A DNA stretch of 64,000 nt. Source: an uncultured Mageeibacillus sp. (GTDB taxonomy: Bacteria > Bacillota > Clostridia > Saccharofermentanales > UBA5734). The notes beneath the pieces were generated by a model that worked only from the letters and a program-made list of their open reading frames with translations, did not search any database and was not told the DNA's origin. Of the stretch, positions 34,072 through 44,580 are shown one piece after another. Made by a program: the position numbers and the translations under genes. The DNA lies in NCBI GenBank assembly GCA_964528645.1, contig CAZGSR010000004.1, positions 3,523 to 67,522 on the forward strand. The letters are read 5' to 3'. Numbering within the stretch: position 1 is the first letter of the stretch; every line of letters starts with the position of its first letter.

Positions 34072-34115
34072 ACAACAGAATGCTCAATGAAAAGTCCAGA
34101 AATGATTAAATCACA

Positions 34116-35096
34116 TCAGGATGTCAGAATGATGGCTCGCTCCAGCTCGACCGGATCGATCGTTTTTTTCATGTTGAGCGCTTCTTCGATATCGATGTCA
34201 ACGATCTTGCCATCCTTATAGGCGATGACCCGGTTGTAACGACCATCGCGCAGACATTCGACCGCATGCAGACCCATCAGGCTGGCCATCTGGCGGTCTC
34301 GCAGAGTCGGGCTGCCACCACGCTGGAGGTGGCCGAGGATGGTGGCGCGAGCCTCGATCCCAGTCAGCGTCTCGATCTGGTGCGCAATTTCATCAGCCTT
34401 GGCGGCGCCTTCGGCAACCACAACGATGAAGTGGTGTTTACCGCGGTTGCGGCCATCGAGAACGGCCTTAAGCACGTCCTTGTTGAAGTCAAAGGGTTTC
34501 TCCGGGATGAGAACGACCTCAGCGCCAGTGGCGATGCCGACATTGAGTGCAATATAGCCTGCTGCACGGCCCATGACCTCGATGACACTGCAGCGTTCGT
34601 GGGATGACGCCGTGTCACGCAATTTGTCGATGGCTTCCATCGCAGTATTCATGGCTGTGTCATAACCGATCGTGTAATCTGAGCAAGCAATGTCGTTGTC
34701 GATCGTACCAGGGATGCCAATGACTGGGATGCCTTTGCGGGCCAGATCACGGGCACCCTTGAAAGTTCCATCACCGCCGATTGCAATTATGGCGTCGAGA
34801 TTGAACACCTTGATCATGTCGATCGCCCGGTTGACACCTTCTTCGGAATTGAAGGTCTTGGACCGGGCCGTCATCAGGAAGGTTCCTCCCCGCTGTAGCT
34901 TTTCCGAGACCGAGGACCGGTTCAATTCCTCGATATCACCGCGCCAGAGGCCATGGTAACCGCGCCGGATGCCATAGACCCGGTAGCCGTAATACAGGCC
35001 GGTGCGGGTGACAGCACGGATGGCTGCATTCATGCCTGGGGCATCCCCGCCGCTGGTCAGAACACCGATGTTCCGGATAACCTTTTGTTCATCCAT
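34116..35096 (-). CDS. pfkA: ATP-dependent 6-phosphofructokinase
   Basis: IGVLTSGGDAPGMNAAIRAV...IGGDGTF...GIPGTIDND. The start is placed at Met 35096 with AAGGAG upstream, so the track start 35243 is rejected. Confidence 0.9.
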   Translation of the reverse strand: MDEQKVIRNIGVLTSGGDAPGMNAAIRAVTRTGLYYGYRVYGIRRGYHGLWRGDIEELNRSSVSEKLQRGGTFLMTARSKTFNSEEGVNRAIDMIKVFNLDAIIAIGGDGTFKGARDLARKGIPVIGIPGTIDNDIACSDYTIGYDTAMNTAMEAIDKLRDTASSHERCSVIEVMGRAAGYIALNVGIATGAEVVLIPEKPFDFNKDVLKAVLDGRNRGKHHFIVVVAEGAAKADEIAHQIETLTGIEARATILGHLQRGGSPTLRDRQMASLMGLHAVECLRDGRYNRVIAYKDGKIVDIDIEEALNMKKTIDPVELERAIILTS

Positions 35097-35164
35097 GGAT
35101 TTGCATCTCCTTGATCGATCGATTGCAACAAGCAGACCGGACAACATCCGGCACAGACACTTTA

Positions 35165-38100
35165 TTATAGCAAGGCGATGTTGGCCATGCCATATCTGCG
35201 GGCAATTTCCAGCAGGATTTTGTCGTCGGCTTCGATCCAGCAATCGGCTGGCAGCTCATGACCTGTCCGACTGGCGCCCAGGTAGATTTTGACGCGCATG
35301 GGTCCATTGAAATATCGCAGCATGGCCAGAAGCCGTTTGTATCCGGCATCATCTTTCTCCCCCCAATAACGGATGGCCAGGGTTTTAGTGGCGGCGCCGC
35401 TGCTGGAAGAGGCTGCAGCTGGACGACTATCCCGGTTGGCGGATCGACCTGACGATGGACCGGTTGAGCTGCGATCGCCGGCTGAACCATTGCCAGCACC
35501 TAAATACCGGGCGAATTCTGCCGGTCGTCGTGTCATATCCGGGGTCAGGGGCAGTGCCAGTTCGGCGATGAATTTGGGCGTGTCATCGTCACGCAGGCTG
35601 AGCCGTCCGCCGAGGAGGACGGGCTGGCCCTCCTGGAGCAGGCCGCCGTATTGGGCAAAGACACGCGGAAATACCAGGACTTCGCAGGTACCGGCCAGAT
35701 CTTCAAAAGTCAGGATGGCCATGGCTTCTTTGTTGCGGGTCATCCGGGCTTTGCGTGCGACGACCAGGCCAGCGAAAATGGCTTTGTCCTGGTCACGTGC
35801 ATTCAGCGCCAGCGCACCGATCTCTTCGTCTCCTTCATGCTGCTGCAAGGCGCTGCTGTCGTGTGTCGCCAAGGCATTGATCGCGGCACGGTATTCATCG
35901 AGCGGATGGCCGGTCACATAGAGCCCCAGCATCTCCTTCTCCATCGCCAGCAGATCAGCCGGACTAAATTCCGGCAGAGCAGGGTAATTCGGTTCTGCTT
36001 CTGTGCTGCCGGAAGCAGCAACGTCCATGCCGAACAGACTGAGCTGGCCTTCCATGCTCTGGCGGCGCGCATTCTGCAGTTGGGTCATGAAGGGATCGAG
36101 CACAGCGACCAGCTGCGAGCGTGCGATGCGAAATCCATCAAAGGCCGAGGCCCGGACCAGACTCTCGATCATTTTGCGGTTGAGGTCGGAGGCGCTGGCC
36201 CGGCGCAGGAAATCGCCGTATGAGGTGTAAGGGCCGTTCGAGGCGCGATCCTCGAGCACGGTCCGGATCGCTGCCTCGCCGACATTTTTCACGGCTGCCA
36301 AAGAGAAGCGGATTTTTCCGTTTTCGGTGGTAAATCGGGCCTGGCTGGCATTGATATCTGGTGGCAGGACCTCGATGCCAAGCTTGCGGCAGACCCGGAC
36401 ATAGGCGGCTGCCTGGCTGAGGTTGCCAAGGTAGCTGTTGAGCATTGCAGCCATGAATTCAACCGGGTAGTAGTATTTGAGCCAGGCCGTGTAATAGGCG
36501 ACGACGGCATAGGCGGCTGCGTGTGATTTATTGAACGCGTAGCCGGCAAAAGCCATGACATCGTCAAAAATCTTTTCTGCTGTTTCGAGATCGACACCGC
36601 GCGCCACGGCACCTGCGACCTCGCTGCCCTTTTCATCCACACCGCCATACAGAAACAAGTTCTTGTACTTGGCCATTTCGGCTGGTTTTTTCTTCGACAT
36701 GGCGCGGCGGACATTGTCGGACTGGCCCATCGAAAAGCCAGCCAAGTCACGCACGATCTGCATGACCTGTTCCTGGTAGACAATGCAGCCATAGGTGACG
36801 TTGAGAATCGGTTCGAGCAAGGGGTGGTCGTAGCGGACCTTGGCCGGGTCATGCTTGGCGGCGACATACTGCGGGATCTGGTCCATCGGCCCGGGCCGAT
36901 AGAGGGAAATACCAGCGATGATGTCCTCCAGCGACTCGGGACGCAGTTCTTTCATGAAGCTGGTCATGCCACCGCTTTCCAGCTGGAACACCGCTTCGGT
37001 GTTGCCTTCGCTGATCATGGCAAAGACAGACCGGTCATCCATCGGCAGGGTGTCGAAATCGATCACGACCTGGTGATTCCTGGCCACCATGGCGGCGGTG
37101 TCCTGCATGACCGTCAGGGTGCGCAGGCCGAGGAAGTCGAATTTCAACAGGCCGATCAGCTCGATGTTGTTTTTCGAATACTGAACGACGATGGAGTCCT
37201 CGTTTCTGGACAAAGGGGCCAGGTTGGTCAGGGGTTCGCTGGAAATCACGACACCAGCGGCATGAGTCGAGGCGTGGCGCGGCATGCCCTCGAAACGTCG
37301 GGCCAGGTCGATCACCTGGCGTGTCACCGGATTTTCGTCGTAATCCTTGCGCAGCTCTTTGCTCTGGTCGAGCGCCTTGGCCAGGGTCACTCCCGGCATG
37401 CCGGGGACGAATTTGGCGATGCGGTCTGTTTCGGCATAGGAGACATCGAGGGCGCGTGCGACGTCGCGGATACAGGCGCGGGCAGCCAGGGTGCCAAAGG
37501 TGATGACCTGGGCGACCCGGTCCTGGCCGTATTTGGCTGTGACGTAGCGGATGACCTCCGGCCGCCGCTCATAGCAGAAGTCGATGTCAAAATCGGGCAT
37601 GCTGACCCGGTCGGCATTGAGGAAGCGCTCGAAAATCAGCGAATACTTGAGTGGGTCGATGTTGGTGATTTTCAGGCAATAGGCGGCCAGTGAACCAGCG
37701 CCGGAACCACGGCCGGGACCAACCATGATCTGGCTTTCACGGGCAAAGCGGATGAAATCCCAGACGATCAGGTAATAATCGGTGTAACCCATCCGGTTGA
37801 TCACCGACAGCTCATAAGCGAGCCGTTTTTCGTAGGCTTCACGCGGAATAGTCGTTGGCAGATTCAGCCGTTCTTCGAGGCCCTGGCGGCAAAGCTGTTC
37901 GAGGTAGTCGGTATTGGGCATGCCGCCGGGAGTGGCGAAGGCCGGCAGGTGGATGGTGTCAAAGTCGAGTTTGACCTGGCAGCGGGCGGCGATGCGTTCG
38001 GTGTTGGCGATCGCCTCCGGCAGGGCCGAAAAAGCCGCGGCCATCTCTGCGGGGGATTTGAGGTAGAACGCATCCGACTGCATGCGCATGCGGTCGGGAT

Positions 38101-38791
38101 CGCTCATGCGCTTGCCAGTCTGCATGCACAAGAGGACCTCATGGGCATGGGCGTCGTCTGGCATGAGATAATGGCAATCATTGGTGGCAACCAGGGGAAT
38201 GCCGGTTTCACGGCTGATCTCGATCAGTTGCGTGTTGACCAGGGCCTGCTCGGGGATGCCATTATGTTGCAGCTCGAGGTAGAAATTGCCCCGGCCGAAC
38301 AGCTCATCGTAGGTCTGGGCCAGTTGGACAGCCCGTGTGCGATCGTGCTCCATCAGGGCACCGGGTATTTCGCCGCCGAGGCAGGCCGAGAGGGCGATCA
38401 GTCCCGACGCGTGCTGGCGCAGCAAGTCATGGTCAATGCGCGGGCGGTAGTAAAAGCCATCAACAAACCCGGTCGAGACCAGTTTCATCAGGTTCTGCCA
38501 GCCGGTTTGATTTTCAGCCAGCAGGATCAGGTGTGACGGTTCCTTGTCGAGGCTGCCTTCCTTGTCGGTGTGGCTTCTGGGGGCGACATAGACCTCGCAG
38601 CCCAAGATCGGGCGGATGCCCTTGGCAATCAGGGCATTGTAGAAATCGACGGTGCCGAAAAGAACGCCGTGATCGGTGATCGCACAGGCATCCATGCCCA
38701 GCTCAAGCAGGCGATCCGGCAAGTCTTTGATCCGGATCGCCCCATCGAGCAAACTGTATTCGGTATGAAGGTGGAGATGTGTAAAGGCCAC
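35165..38791 (-). CDS. dnaE: DNA polymerase III alpha subunit (DnaE type)
   Basis: The PHP N-terminus is AFTHLHLHTEYSLLDGA, and the protein is about 1200 aa. I prefer the GTG at 38791. The track start (GTG 38839) overlaps the upstream gene by 38 nt, so the start is uncertain. Confidence 0.85.
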   Translation of the reverse strand: MAFTHLHLHTEYSLLDGAIRIKDLPDRLLELGMDACAITDHGVLFGTVDFYNALIAKGIRPILGCEVYVAPRSHTDKEGSLDKEPSHLILLAENQTGWQNLMKLVSTGFVDGFYYRPRIDHDLLRQHASGLIALSACLGGEIPGALMEHDRTRAVQLAQTYDELFGRGNFYLELQHNGIPEQALVNTQLIEISRETGIPLVATNDCHYLMPDDAHAHEVLLCMQTGKRMSDPDRMRMQSDAFYLKSPAEMAAAFSALPEAIANTERIAARCQVKLDFDTIHLPAFATPGGMPNTDYLEQLCRQGLEERLNLPTTIPREAYEKRLAYELSVINRMGYTDYYLIVWDFIRFARESQIMVGPGRGSGAGSLAAYCLKITNIDPLKYSLIFERFLNADRVSMPDFDIDFCYERRPEVIRYVTAKYGQDRVAQVITFGTLAARACIRDVARALDVSYAETDRIAKFVPGMPGVTLAKALDQSKELRKDYDENPVTRQVIDLARRFEGMPRHASTHAAGVVISSEPLTNLAPLSRNEDSIVVQYSKNNIELIGLLKFDFLGLRTLTVMQDTAAMVARNHQVVIDFDTLPMDDRSVFAMISEGNTEAVFQLESGGMTSFMKELRPESLEDIIAGISLYRPGPMDQIPQYVAAKHDPAKVRYDHPLLEPILNVTYGCIVYQEQVMQIVRDLAGFSMGQSDNVRRAMSKKKPAEMAKYKNLFLYGGVDEKGSEVAGAVARGVDLETAEKIFDDVMAFAGYAFNKSHAAAYAVVAYYTAWLKYYYPVEFMAAMLNSYLGNLSQAAAYVRVCRKLGIEVLPPDINASQARFTTENGKIRFSLAAVKNVGEAAIRTVLEDRASNGPYTSYGDFLRRASASDLNRKMIESLVRASAFDGFRIARSQLVAVLDPFMTQLQNARRQSMEGQLSLFGMDVAASGSTEAEPNYPALPEFSPADLLAMEKEMLGLYVTGHPLDEYRAAINALATHDSSALQQHEGDEEIGALALNARDQDKAIFAGLVVARKARMTRNKEAMAILTFEDLAGTCEVLVFPRVFAQYGGLLQEGQPVLLGGRLSLRDDDTPKFIAELALPLTPDMTRRPAEFARYLGAGNGSAGDRSSTGPSSGRSANRDSRPAAASSSSGAATKTLAIRYWGEKDDAGYKRLLAMLRYFNGPMRVKIYLGASRTGHELPADCWIEADDKILLEIARRYGMANIALL

Positions 38792-38801
38792 GTGCGACCG
38801 A

Positions 38802-40541
38802 TCAGAGATGTTCGCGCAGATAGCCTTCGACCTGCTCACGCAACTGGTTCAGGGTGGCATCATTCTGGGCCTGGTCTTCGCCGTAGATGCCGAAGTAGAT
38901 CTTGATCTTGGGCTCGGTGCCGGAAGGACGGATACAGAACCAGTCGATGCCGTCGAGCTCGTAGAGCAGGACGTCGGACGGGGTCATTTCGATCGGAGTG
39001 CTCGAGCCATCGGCAAGAACGATCCGGTCGAGCGTTTTGTAATCACGCACGGCACGCACGGGCACGCCTGGCACACCGAGCTGCTTATTGGCCCGTAAAT
39101 AAGCCATGCCGGACTTGATCTTCTCGATGCCAGCTTTGCCTTCGAGGGTAATCGAAATGGTCTTTTCAGCCGCATAGCCATAGCGCTGGAAAATCTCCTG
39201 CAGCAGGTCGTAGAGGGTCTTGCCCTCGTCGGCAGCCGCAGCGGCCATTTCGCCGATCAGCATGCTGGCGACGACGGCGTCCTTGTCCCGGACATCGGTC
39301 CCGGCCAGGTAGCCAAAGCTCTCCTCAAAACCGAACTGGTAGTGCATCGGGCCAAATTCGTCGTGCTGCTTGATCAGCTCGGCGATGAATTTGAAACCGG
39401 TCAGGCATTCGAACAGCGTGACGCCATAGGCCTCGGCGATGCGTTTGGTCAGTTTGGTCGAGACAATGGTCGTGACGACAAACGACTGGTCTGGCAGCGT
39501 GGCCGATTTCTTCTTGGCAGACAGGATGTACTCCATCAGCAAAAGGCCGATCTGGTTGCCAGACAGGACCTGGTAGTCACCCGTACTGGTCCGGACACAG
39601 ACACCGGTGCGGTCGGCGTCAGGATCGGTCGCGATCACCAGGTCAGCGCCTTCTTTCTGGGCCAGCTCGATCGCCATGGCCAGAGCGGAGCGTTCCTCCG
39701 GATTGGGGAAGGCGACGGTTGGGAAATGGCCATCCGGCAGCTCCTGCTCCGGGACGACCAGGATATTGGTAAAGCCAATCTGGGACAGGATGCGGCGGAC
39801 GGGCTTATTGCCGGCGCCATGCAGGGGCGTGTAGACGATCTTGAGGTCGCGGTGGCGCTGGACGGCCTCGAGGTTGATCGCCAGTTTTTCCAGCATGGCG
39901 GTGTAGACTGCGTCGAGATCCTCGCCAAAGTCCTGCCACAGGCCGGTTGCACGGGCATTTTCTTCACTGAGGCAATTCAAAAGCGGGGGGAAATCCTCGA
40001 TCGAGTTCATGACGTCGCTGACAACCGTGGCTGCTTCTGGAGGCAACTGGCCACCATCCTCGCCGTAGGCTTTGTAGCCGTTGTATTTGGCCGGGTTGTG
40101 GCTGGCCGTGATCATGACGCCACCGGCTGTGCGGAAGTGGCGGATGGCAAAGGACAGCATCGGCACGGGGCGCAGCTCGTCGGAGAGGTAGACCTTGATC
40201 CCATGGGTGACAAAAATCCGGGCGGACAGGACGGCAAATTCGCGCGAGAACAGGCGTGAATCATAGGAAATGGCCACGCCGCGTGCCTTGGTCACCTCGC
40301 CCTGGCTGGCGAGAAAACGGGCAAATCCCTCGGAGGCCCGGGCGACAGTGTAGAGATTCATCCGGTTGGTGCCGGCGCCCAGGACACCGCGCAGGCCAGC
40401 GGTGCCGAATTCAAGGTCCATATAGAAGCGGTCTTCGATTTCCTTTTCATCCTGAGCTACGCCCAGTAATTCGGCGCGCGTTGACTCGTCAAAATTGGGG
40501 TCCGTTGTCCAGCGGGTATAACGTTCCTGAGCCAAAGTCAT
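38802..40541 (-). CDS. Phosphoglucomutase/phosphomannomutase family (alpha-D-phosphohexomutase)
   Basis: The active-site loop is ITASHNPAKYNGYK, with the metal loop DPDADR, and the protein is 579 aa. Confidence 0.85.
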   Translation of the reverse strand: MTLAQERYTRWTTDPNFDESTRAELLGVAQDEKEIEDRFYMDLEFGTAGLRGVLGAGTNRMNLYTVARASEGFARFLASQGEVTKARGVAISYDSRLFSREFAVLSARIFVTHGIKVYLSDELRPVPMLSFAIRHFRTAGGVMITASHNPAKYNGYKAYGEDGGQLPPEAATVVSDVMNSIEDFPPLLNCLSEENARATGLWQDFGEDLDAVYTAMLEKLAINLEAVQRHRDLKIVYTPLHGAGNKPVRRILSQIGFTNILVVPEQELPDGHFPTVAFPNPEERSALAMAIELAQKEGADLVIATDPDADRTGVCVRTSTGDYQVLSGNQIGLLLMEYILSAKKKSATLPDQSFVVTTIVSTKLTKRIAEAYGVTLFECLTGFKFIAELIKQHDEFGPMHYQFGFEESFGYLAGTDVRDKDAVVASMLIGEMAAAAADEGKTLYDLLQEIFQRYGYAAEKTISITLEGKAGIEKIKSGMAYLRANKQLGVPGVPVRAVRDYKTLDRIVLADGSSTPIEMTPSDVLLYELDGIDWFCIRPSGTEPKIKIYFGIYGEDQAQNDATLNQLREQVEGYLREHL

Positions 40542-40704
40542 AAGGGTCCCTCCTTGTTCATGGGCGACTGCCTGGAAGGCCCTGCATATCAGGCTGCCAG
40601 ACAGTCGAATTGTGAACTGATTATATCATAGCGAACGGTTCAAAGTTGCTACCTTCCTGTCAGCTTGCGTGCGCCAGACCATGTCCGTCGTCCGCCCTGT
40701 CTGC

Positions 40705-42705
40705 TCAGGTTATCTTGCCGCGGATCAGGACGAGCAGGTCGCGAAGCTGGGCTGCTTCTTCGAAGGCCAGCTTCTTCGCAGCATCTTTCATGTCTTTTTC
40801 GATCTTGACGGCCATGCGGGCCAGTTCCTCCGGTTTGAGGCGGTCCAGTTTGTGCTCCAGGAGCGAATCGGCCGCCTGTTCATCGAGTCCTGCTTCCTCG
40901 GCAGCGTCGACTACTGTGTCGACCACAGCCCGGACCGCTTTTTCGATCGAGCGGGGCGTGATGTTGTGCTCACGGTTATATGCTTCCTGGATGCTGCGGC
41001 GCCGATTGGTCTCAATGATCGCCTGGTGCATCGATTCAGTGACAGCATCCGCATAGAGAATGACATGGCCATTGACGTTGCGGGCTGCCCGGCCGATGAT
41101 CTGGATCAGCGAGGTCGTCGAACGCAGGAAACCTTCTTTGTCGGCATCGAGGATGGCAATCAGGGAGACCTCCGGCAGGTCGAGGCCTTCCCGCAGCAGA
41201 TTGATGCCGACCAGGACGTCGAACTGGCCCTGGCGCAGGTCGCGCAGGATTTTCAGGCGCTCGACGGTATCGATATCCGAGTGCAGATATTTGACCCGCA
41301 GACCTTCGTCTTTGAAAAACCCCGTCAGGTCTTCGGCCATCTTCTTGGTCAGGGTCAGGACAAGTGTCCGTTCGCCGCGGGAGTTAACCGTGTGAATCTC
41401 GGCGAGCAGATCCTCGATCTGGCCATCGACGGGACGGATGCTGATCGACGGATCGACCAGGCCGGTCGGCCGGATGATCTGCTCAACGACCGTGCTGGCA
41501 TGCTCCGCCTCGTAGCGCGAGGGCGTCGCACTGACGAAAACACCCTGGCCGATTTTCTGCTCGAATTCTTCAAACCGGAGCGGACGGTTGTCAAAAGCAG
41601 ACGGCAGGCGGAAACCAAAGTCGACCAGCGCCTGTTTTCTGGACCGGTCACCATTGTACATCGCCCCGACCTGGGGAATCGTGACGTGTGACTCGTCGAC
41701 CATCAGGATGAAATCATCGGGAAAAAAGTCAATCAGGGTGTAAGGGGCTTCGCCCGGAGCACGACCTGACAAGTGGCGCGAGTAGTTCTCGATACCTTTG
41801 CAAAAGCCGGTCTCGCGCAGCATTTCGATGTCATAGCGGGTGCGTTGTTCCAGGCGGTAAGCCTCGACCAGCTTACCCTGGTCCCGCAGTACCCGGAGCC
41901 GTTCTTCCAGTTCCTCCTGAATCGCAAGGACGGCTTTTTTCATTTTCAGATCGGTGGTGGCATAATGGCTGGCCGGGAAAATCGAGGCATAATTGCGTGT
42001 GTTCAGGATGCGGCCAGTCAGGCTGTCGATTTCAACGACTTTCTCGATTTCATCACCGAAAAAGGTCACCCGGGTCATGACATTCTCGGCCGATGCCGGG
42101 AAAATATCGAGCGTATCGCCACGGACCCGGAAGGTGCCGCGCCGGGTGTCAAAGTCATTGCGGACGTACTGGATGTCGATCAGCTCACGGATGACAGCAT
42201 CGCGATCCTTGGCCATGCCCGGTCGCAGATTGACCATCAGGCTCTTGTAGTCCTCCGGGTCGCCGAGACCATAGATGCAGGAGACCGAGGCCACGACGAT
42301 GACGTCCCGCCGCTCCAGGAGCGAGGCTGTCGCCGAATGGCGCAGGCGGTCGATTTCGTCGTTGATCGCGGAATCCTTTTCGATAAAGGTGTCGGTCGCG
42401 GGGATATAGGCCTCTGGCTGGTAATAATCGTAGTAGCTGACGAAATATTCGACAGCATTGTCAGGGAAAAAGGCCTTGAACTCAGCCGTCAACTGGCCGG
42501 CCAAGGTTTTGTTGTGGGCAATGACCAGGGTCGGGCGCTGGACGCGTTCGATCACATTGGCCATGGTGAAGGTTTTACCCGAGCCGGTGACACCGAGCAG
42601 GGTCTGGAACCGGTCGCCCCGCTCCAGACCTGCGACCAGCTGGTCAATCGCCTGAGGCTGGTCACCGCAGGGCTTCATGTCGGGGGCAATTCTAAATGCT
42701 GGCAT
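40705..42705 (-). CDS. uvrB: Excinuclease ABC subunit B
   Basis: [18 protein letters not shown], and the C-terminal UVR motif [15 protein letters not shown]. Confidence 0.95.
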   Translation of the reverse strand: MPAFRIAPDMKPCGDQPQAIDQLVAGLERGDRFQTLLGVTGSGKTFTMANVIERVQRPTLVIAHNKTLAGQLTAEFKAFFPDNAVEYFVSYYDYYQPEAYIPATDTFIEKDSAINDEIDRLRHSATASLLERRDVIVVASVSCIYGLGDPEDYKSLMVNLRPGMAKDRDAVIRELIDIQYVRNDFDTRRGTFRVRGDTLDIFPASAENVMTRVTFFGDEIEKVVEIDSLTGRILNTRNYASIFPASHYATTDLKMKKAVLAIQEELEERLRVLRDQGKLVEAYRLEQRTRYDIEMLRETGFCKGIENYSRHLSGRAPGEAPYTLIDFFPDDFILMVDESHVTIPQVGAMYNGDRSRKQALVDFGFRLPSAFDNRPLRFEEFEQKIGQGVFVSATPSRYEAEHASTVVEQIIRPTGLVDPSISIRPVDGQIEDLLAEIHTVNSRGERTLVLTLTKKMAEDLTGFFKDEGLRVKYLHSDIDTVERLKILRDLRQGQFDVLVGINLLREGLDLPEVSLIAILDADKEGFLRSTTSLIQIIGRAARNVNGHVILYADAVTESMHQAIIETNRRRSIQEAYNREHNITPRSIEKAVRAVVDTVVDAAEEAGLDEQAADSLLEHKLDRLKPEELARMAVKIEKDMKDAAKKLAFEEAAQLRDLLVLIRGKIT

Positions 42706-42784
42706 GAAAAGGCTCCTGTCCAGAAAATCAGCAGAAATCAGTCAATTCTGTTTCGATTATAGCACAAGCAATCCCGGCAACCGA

Positions 42785-42814
42785 TTGCCCCACGCTCGAA
42801 AGGAGTATTATAAT
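42785..42814 (+). promoter_or_regulatory. Candidate ilvE promoter (TTGCCC-18-TATAAT)
   Basis: The sequence reads gaTTGCCCcacgctcgaaaggagtatTATAATaaac. Confidence 0.4.
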
Positions 42815-42891
42815 AAACGGTAAAATTGCAAGTGTAGTCCGTCCAATTTGCACCACACGGCACACTCGCTGCGAAAGGGAGATGACGAATC

Positions 42892-43962
42892 ATGTTTCCA
42901 GCTATTTCTGTCACCCGGGCCAGCAAACCAAAGCAAAAACCTGCTGCCGATGTCCCACTCGGTTTTGGCCAGATCTTTACCGATCACATGTTCAGCATGG
43001 ACTATGTGGAAGGTCAAGGCTGGATCAACCCACGCATCGAACCGTATGCCCCGATCTGCCTCGAGCCTTCTGCCATGGTCTTCCACTACGGCCAGGCGAT
43101 TTTCGAAGGACTCAAAGCATACAAGACCGCGGATGGCACGATCAACCTGTTCCGGCCCCAGTTGAATTTTGAGCGGGTCAATGTTTCAAATGCCCGCATG
43201 GTCATCCCGCCGATCGACGAAGCCTTCTGCCTCTACGCTCTGAAAGAGCTGCTTAAGATCGAGCGGGACTGGATCCCGACAGCTGACGGCACTTCGCTCT
43301 ACATCCGGCCATTCATCATCGCCACCGATCCCTATCTCGGTGTCCGTCCAGCCCATACCTACCGTTTCATGATCATCCTCTCCCCGTCTGGCCGCTATTA
43401 TCCCCAGGGATTGGCCCCAGTCAATATTTACGTCGAAGAAGAGTATGTCCGCGCCGTCAAGGGCGGCACGGGCTTTGCCAAGACACCCGGCAATTACGCT
43501 GCCAGCCTGATCGCCCAGGCCAAGGCCTACAAGACCGGCTATGTCCAGGTCCTCTGGCTCGATGGTGTCCATCGCCGCTTCATCGAAGAAGTCGGCTCGA
43601 TGAACGTCTTTTTCGTCATCGACGGCAAGCTCGTCACCCCGGCCCTCAATGGCAGCATCCTGCCCGGCATCACCCGCCGTACGGTCCTCGAGCTGGCCAA
43701 ACGTCTTGGTATCGAATCGGAAGAACGCGAAATCGCCATCGATGAACTCATATCCATGGTCAAATCCGGCCAGGTCAGTGAAGTCTTTGGCGCCGGAACC
43801 GCTGCCGTCATTTCACCCGTTGGCGAGTTGCGCTATAAAGACGATGTGATGACCTTTAATGATGGCAAGATCGGACCATTGTCGCAGAAATTCTACGACA
43901 TCATCACCGGGGTCCAGTATGGCATCCGGACTGATGAATACGGCTGGATCGAAAAGGTCTGA
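42892..43962 (+). CDS. ilvE: Branched-chain amino acid aminotransferase
   Basis: 356 aa, class IV aminotransferase pattern (FEGLKAY, YIRP, GTGFAKTPGNYAAS, EEVGSMNVFFV). Confidence 0.9.
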   Translation: MFPAISVTRASKPKQKPAADVPLGFGQIFTDHMFSMDYVEGQGWINPRIEPYAPICLEPSAMVFHYGQAIFEGLKAYKTADGTINLFRPQLNFERVNVSNARMVIPPIDEAFCLYALKELLKIERDWIPTADGTSLYIRPFIIATDPYLGVRPAHTYRFMIILSPSGRYYPQGLAPVNIYVEEEYVRAVKGGTGFAKTPGNYAASLIAQAKAYKTGYVQVLWLDGVHRRFIEEVGSMNVFFVIDGKLVTPALNGSILPGITRRTVLELAKRLGIESEEREIAIDELISMVKSGQVSEVFGAGTAAVISPVGELRYKDDVMTFNDGKIGPLSQKFYDIITGVQYGIRTDEYGWIEKV

Positions 43963-44018
43963 GGATCTGGCCAGACTGAAACAGCCATCCTAATTTAGCG
44001 CTCTGGAATGAAACAAGA

Positions 44019-44049
44019 CCGCCACAAATCCTGTGGCGGCCTTTTCTTT
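44019..44049 (+). terminator. Intrinsic terminator of ilvE (CCGCCACA / TGTGGCGG then CCTTTTCTTTG)
   Basis: An 8-bp GC-rich stem, a 5-nt loop and a T-rich tail. Confidence 0.7.
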
Positions 44050-44077
44050 GCCAATCGACGGGAAGCAGGAATGCACC

Positions 44078-44551
44078 CTACATCAGGTCTTTCTTATTGC
44101 GCTGGACCATGGCGAGCATGGCAGCGAGCTGGTCCTCGATCTCGCCGAGGCGTTTCCTGGCATAATCCATCGAGCCCGCACGGATTTTCTGGGCGGCCTG
44201 GTTGGATTTTTCCAGGAGGTCTGAGGCCTGGAGGCGTGCTTTCTGGGTGATTTCGTGCTCATCGATCATGCGGGACATGCGGGCTTCGGCATCACGCATG
44301 ATGGTCTCGGCTTCTTTCCTTGCCTCGGCGATCAGCTGGCGGTTCTGCTCGAGCAACCATTTGGCTTGCTTGAGTTCACCGGGGAGTTCATCGCGGATCA
44401 TGGTGATCAGGACGAGCATTTCTTCGCGATCGACCATGCAATTATCGGAAAACGGAACAGATCGGGCAGAAATCACCAGGCTTTCGAGTCGTTCAAGCAG
44501 GGACTCGATATCCTGGTTCTGGGCATAGTCAGATTGGGGTGAATGGATCAT
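44078..44551 (-). CDS. Coiled-coil protein of unknown function (ATP-synthase-b/DivIVA-like heptad content)
   Basis: 157 aa, highly helical and charged (LKQAKWLLEQNRQLIAEARKEAETIMRDAEARMSRMIDEHE...). It has no catalytic motifs. Confidence 0.45.
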   Translation of the reverse strand: MIHSPQSDYAQNQDIESLLERLESLVISARSVPFSDNCMVDREEMLVLITMIRDELPGELKQAKWLLEQNRQLIAEARKEAETIMRDAEARMSRMIDEHEITQKARLQASDLLEKSNQAAQKIRAGSMDYARKRLGEIEDQLAAMLAMVQRNKKDLM

Positions 44552-44580
44552 ATCGGAGAGTTTCCTCCACTCTGAGAGCG

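Noticed and set aside
25371-34115. Mobile-element borders (integrase, transposase, tRNA target or long direct repeats) for the surface island.
   Set aside because: None was recognised at either edge. The island call rests only on composition judged by eye and on gene content.
42706-42790. A LexA box upstream of uvrB, which would be expected for an SOS gene.
   Set aside because: I found an extended -10 (TGCTATAAT) but no GAAC-N4-GTTC match. The nearest candidate, GAAACAGAATTG, is too degenerate.
42706-42891. A possible T-box or attenuator leader upstream of ilvE.
   Set aside because: Only ~75 nt separate the predicted -10 from the start codon. There is no specifier or T-box sequence and no terminator, only a weak 6-bp hairpin.
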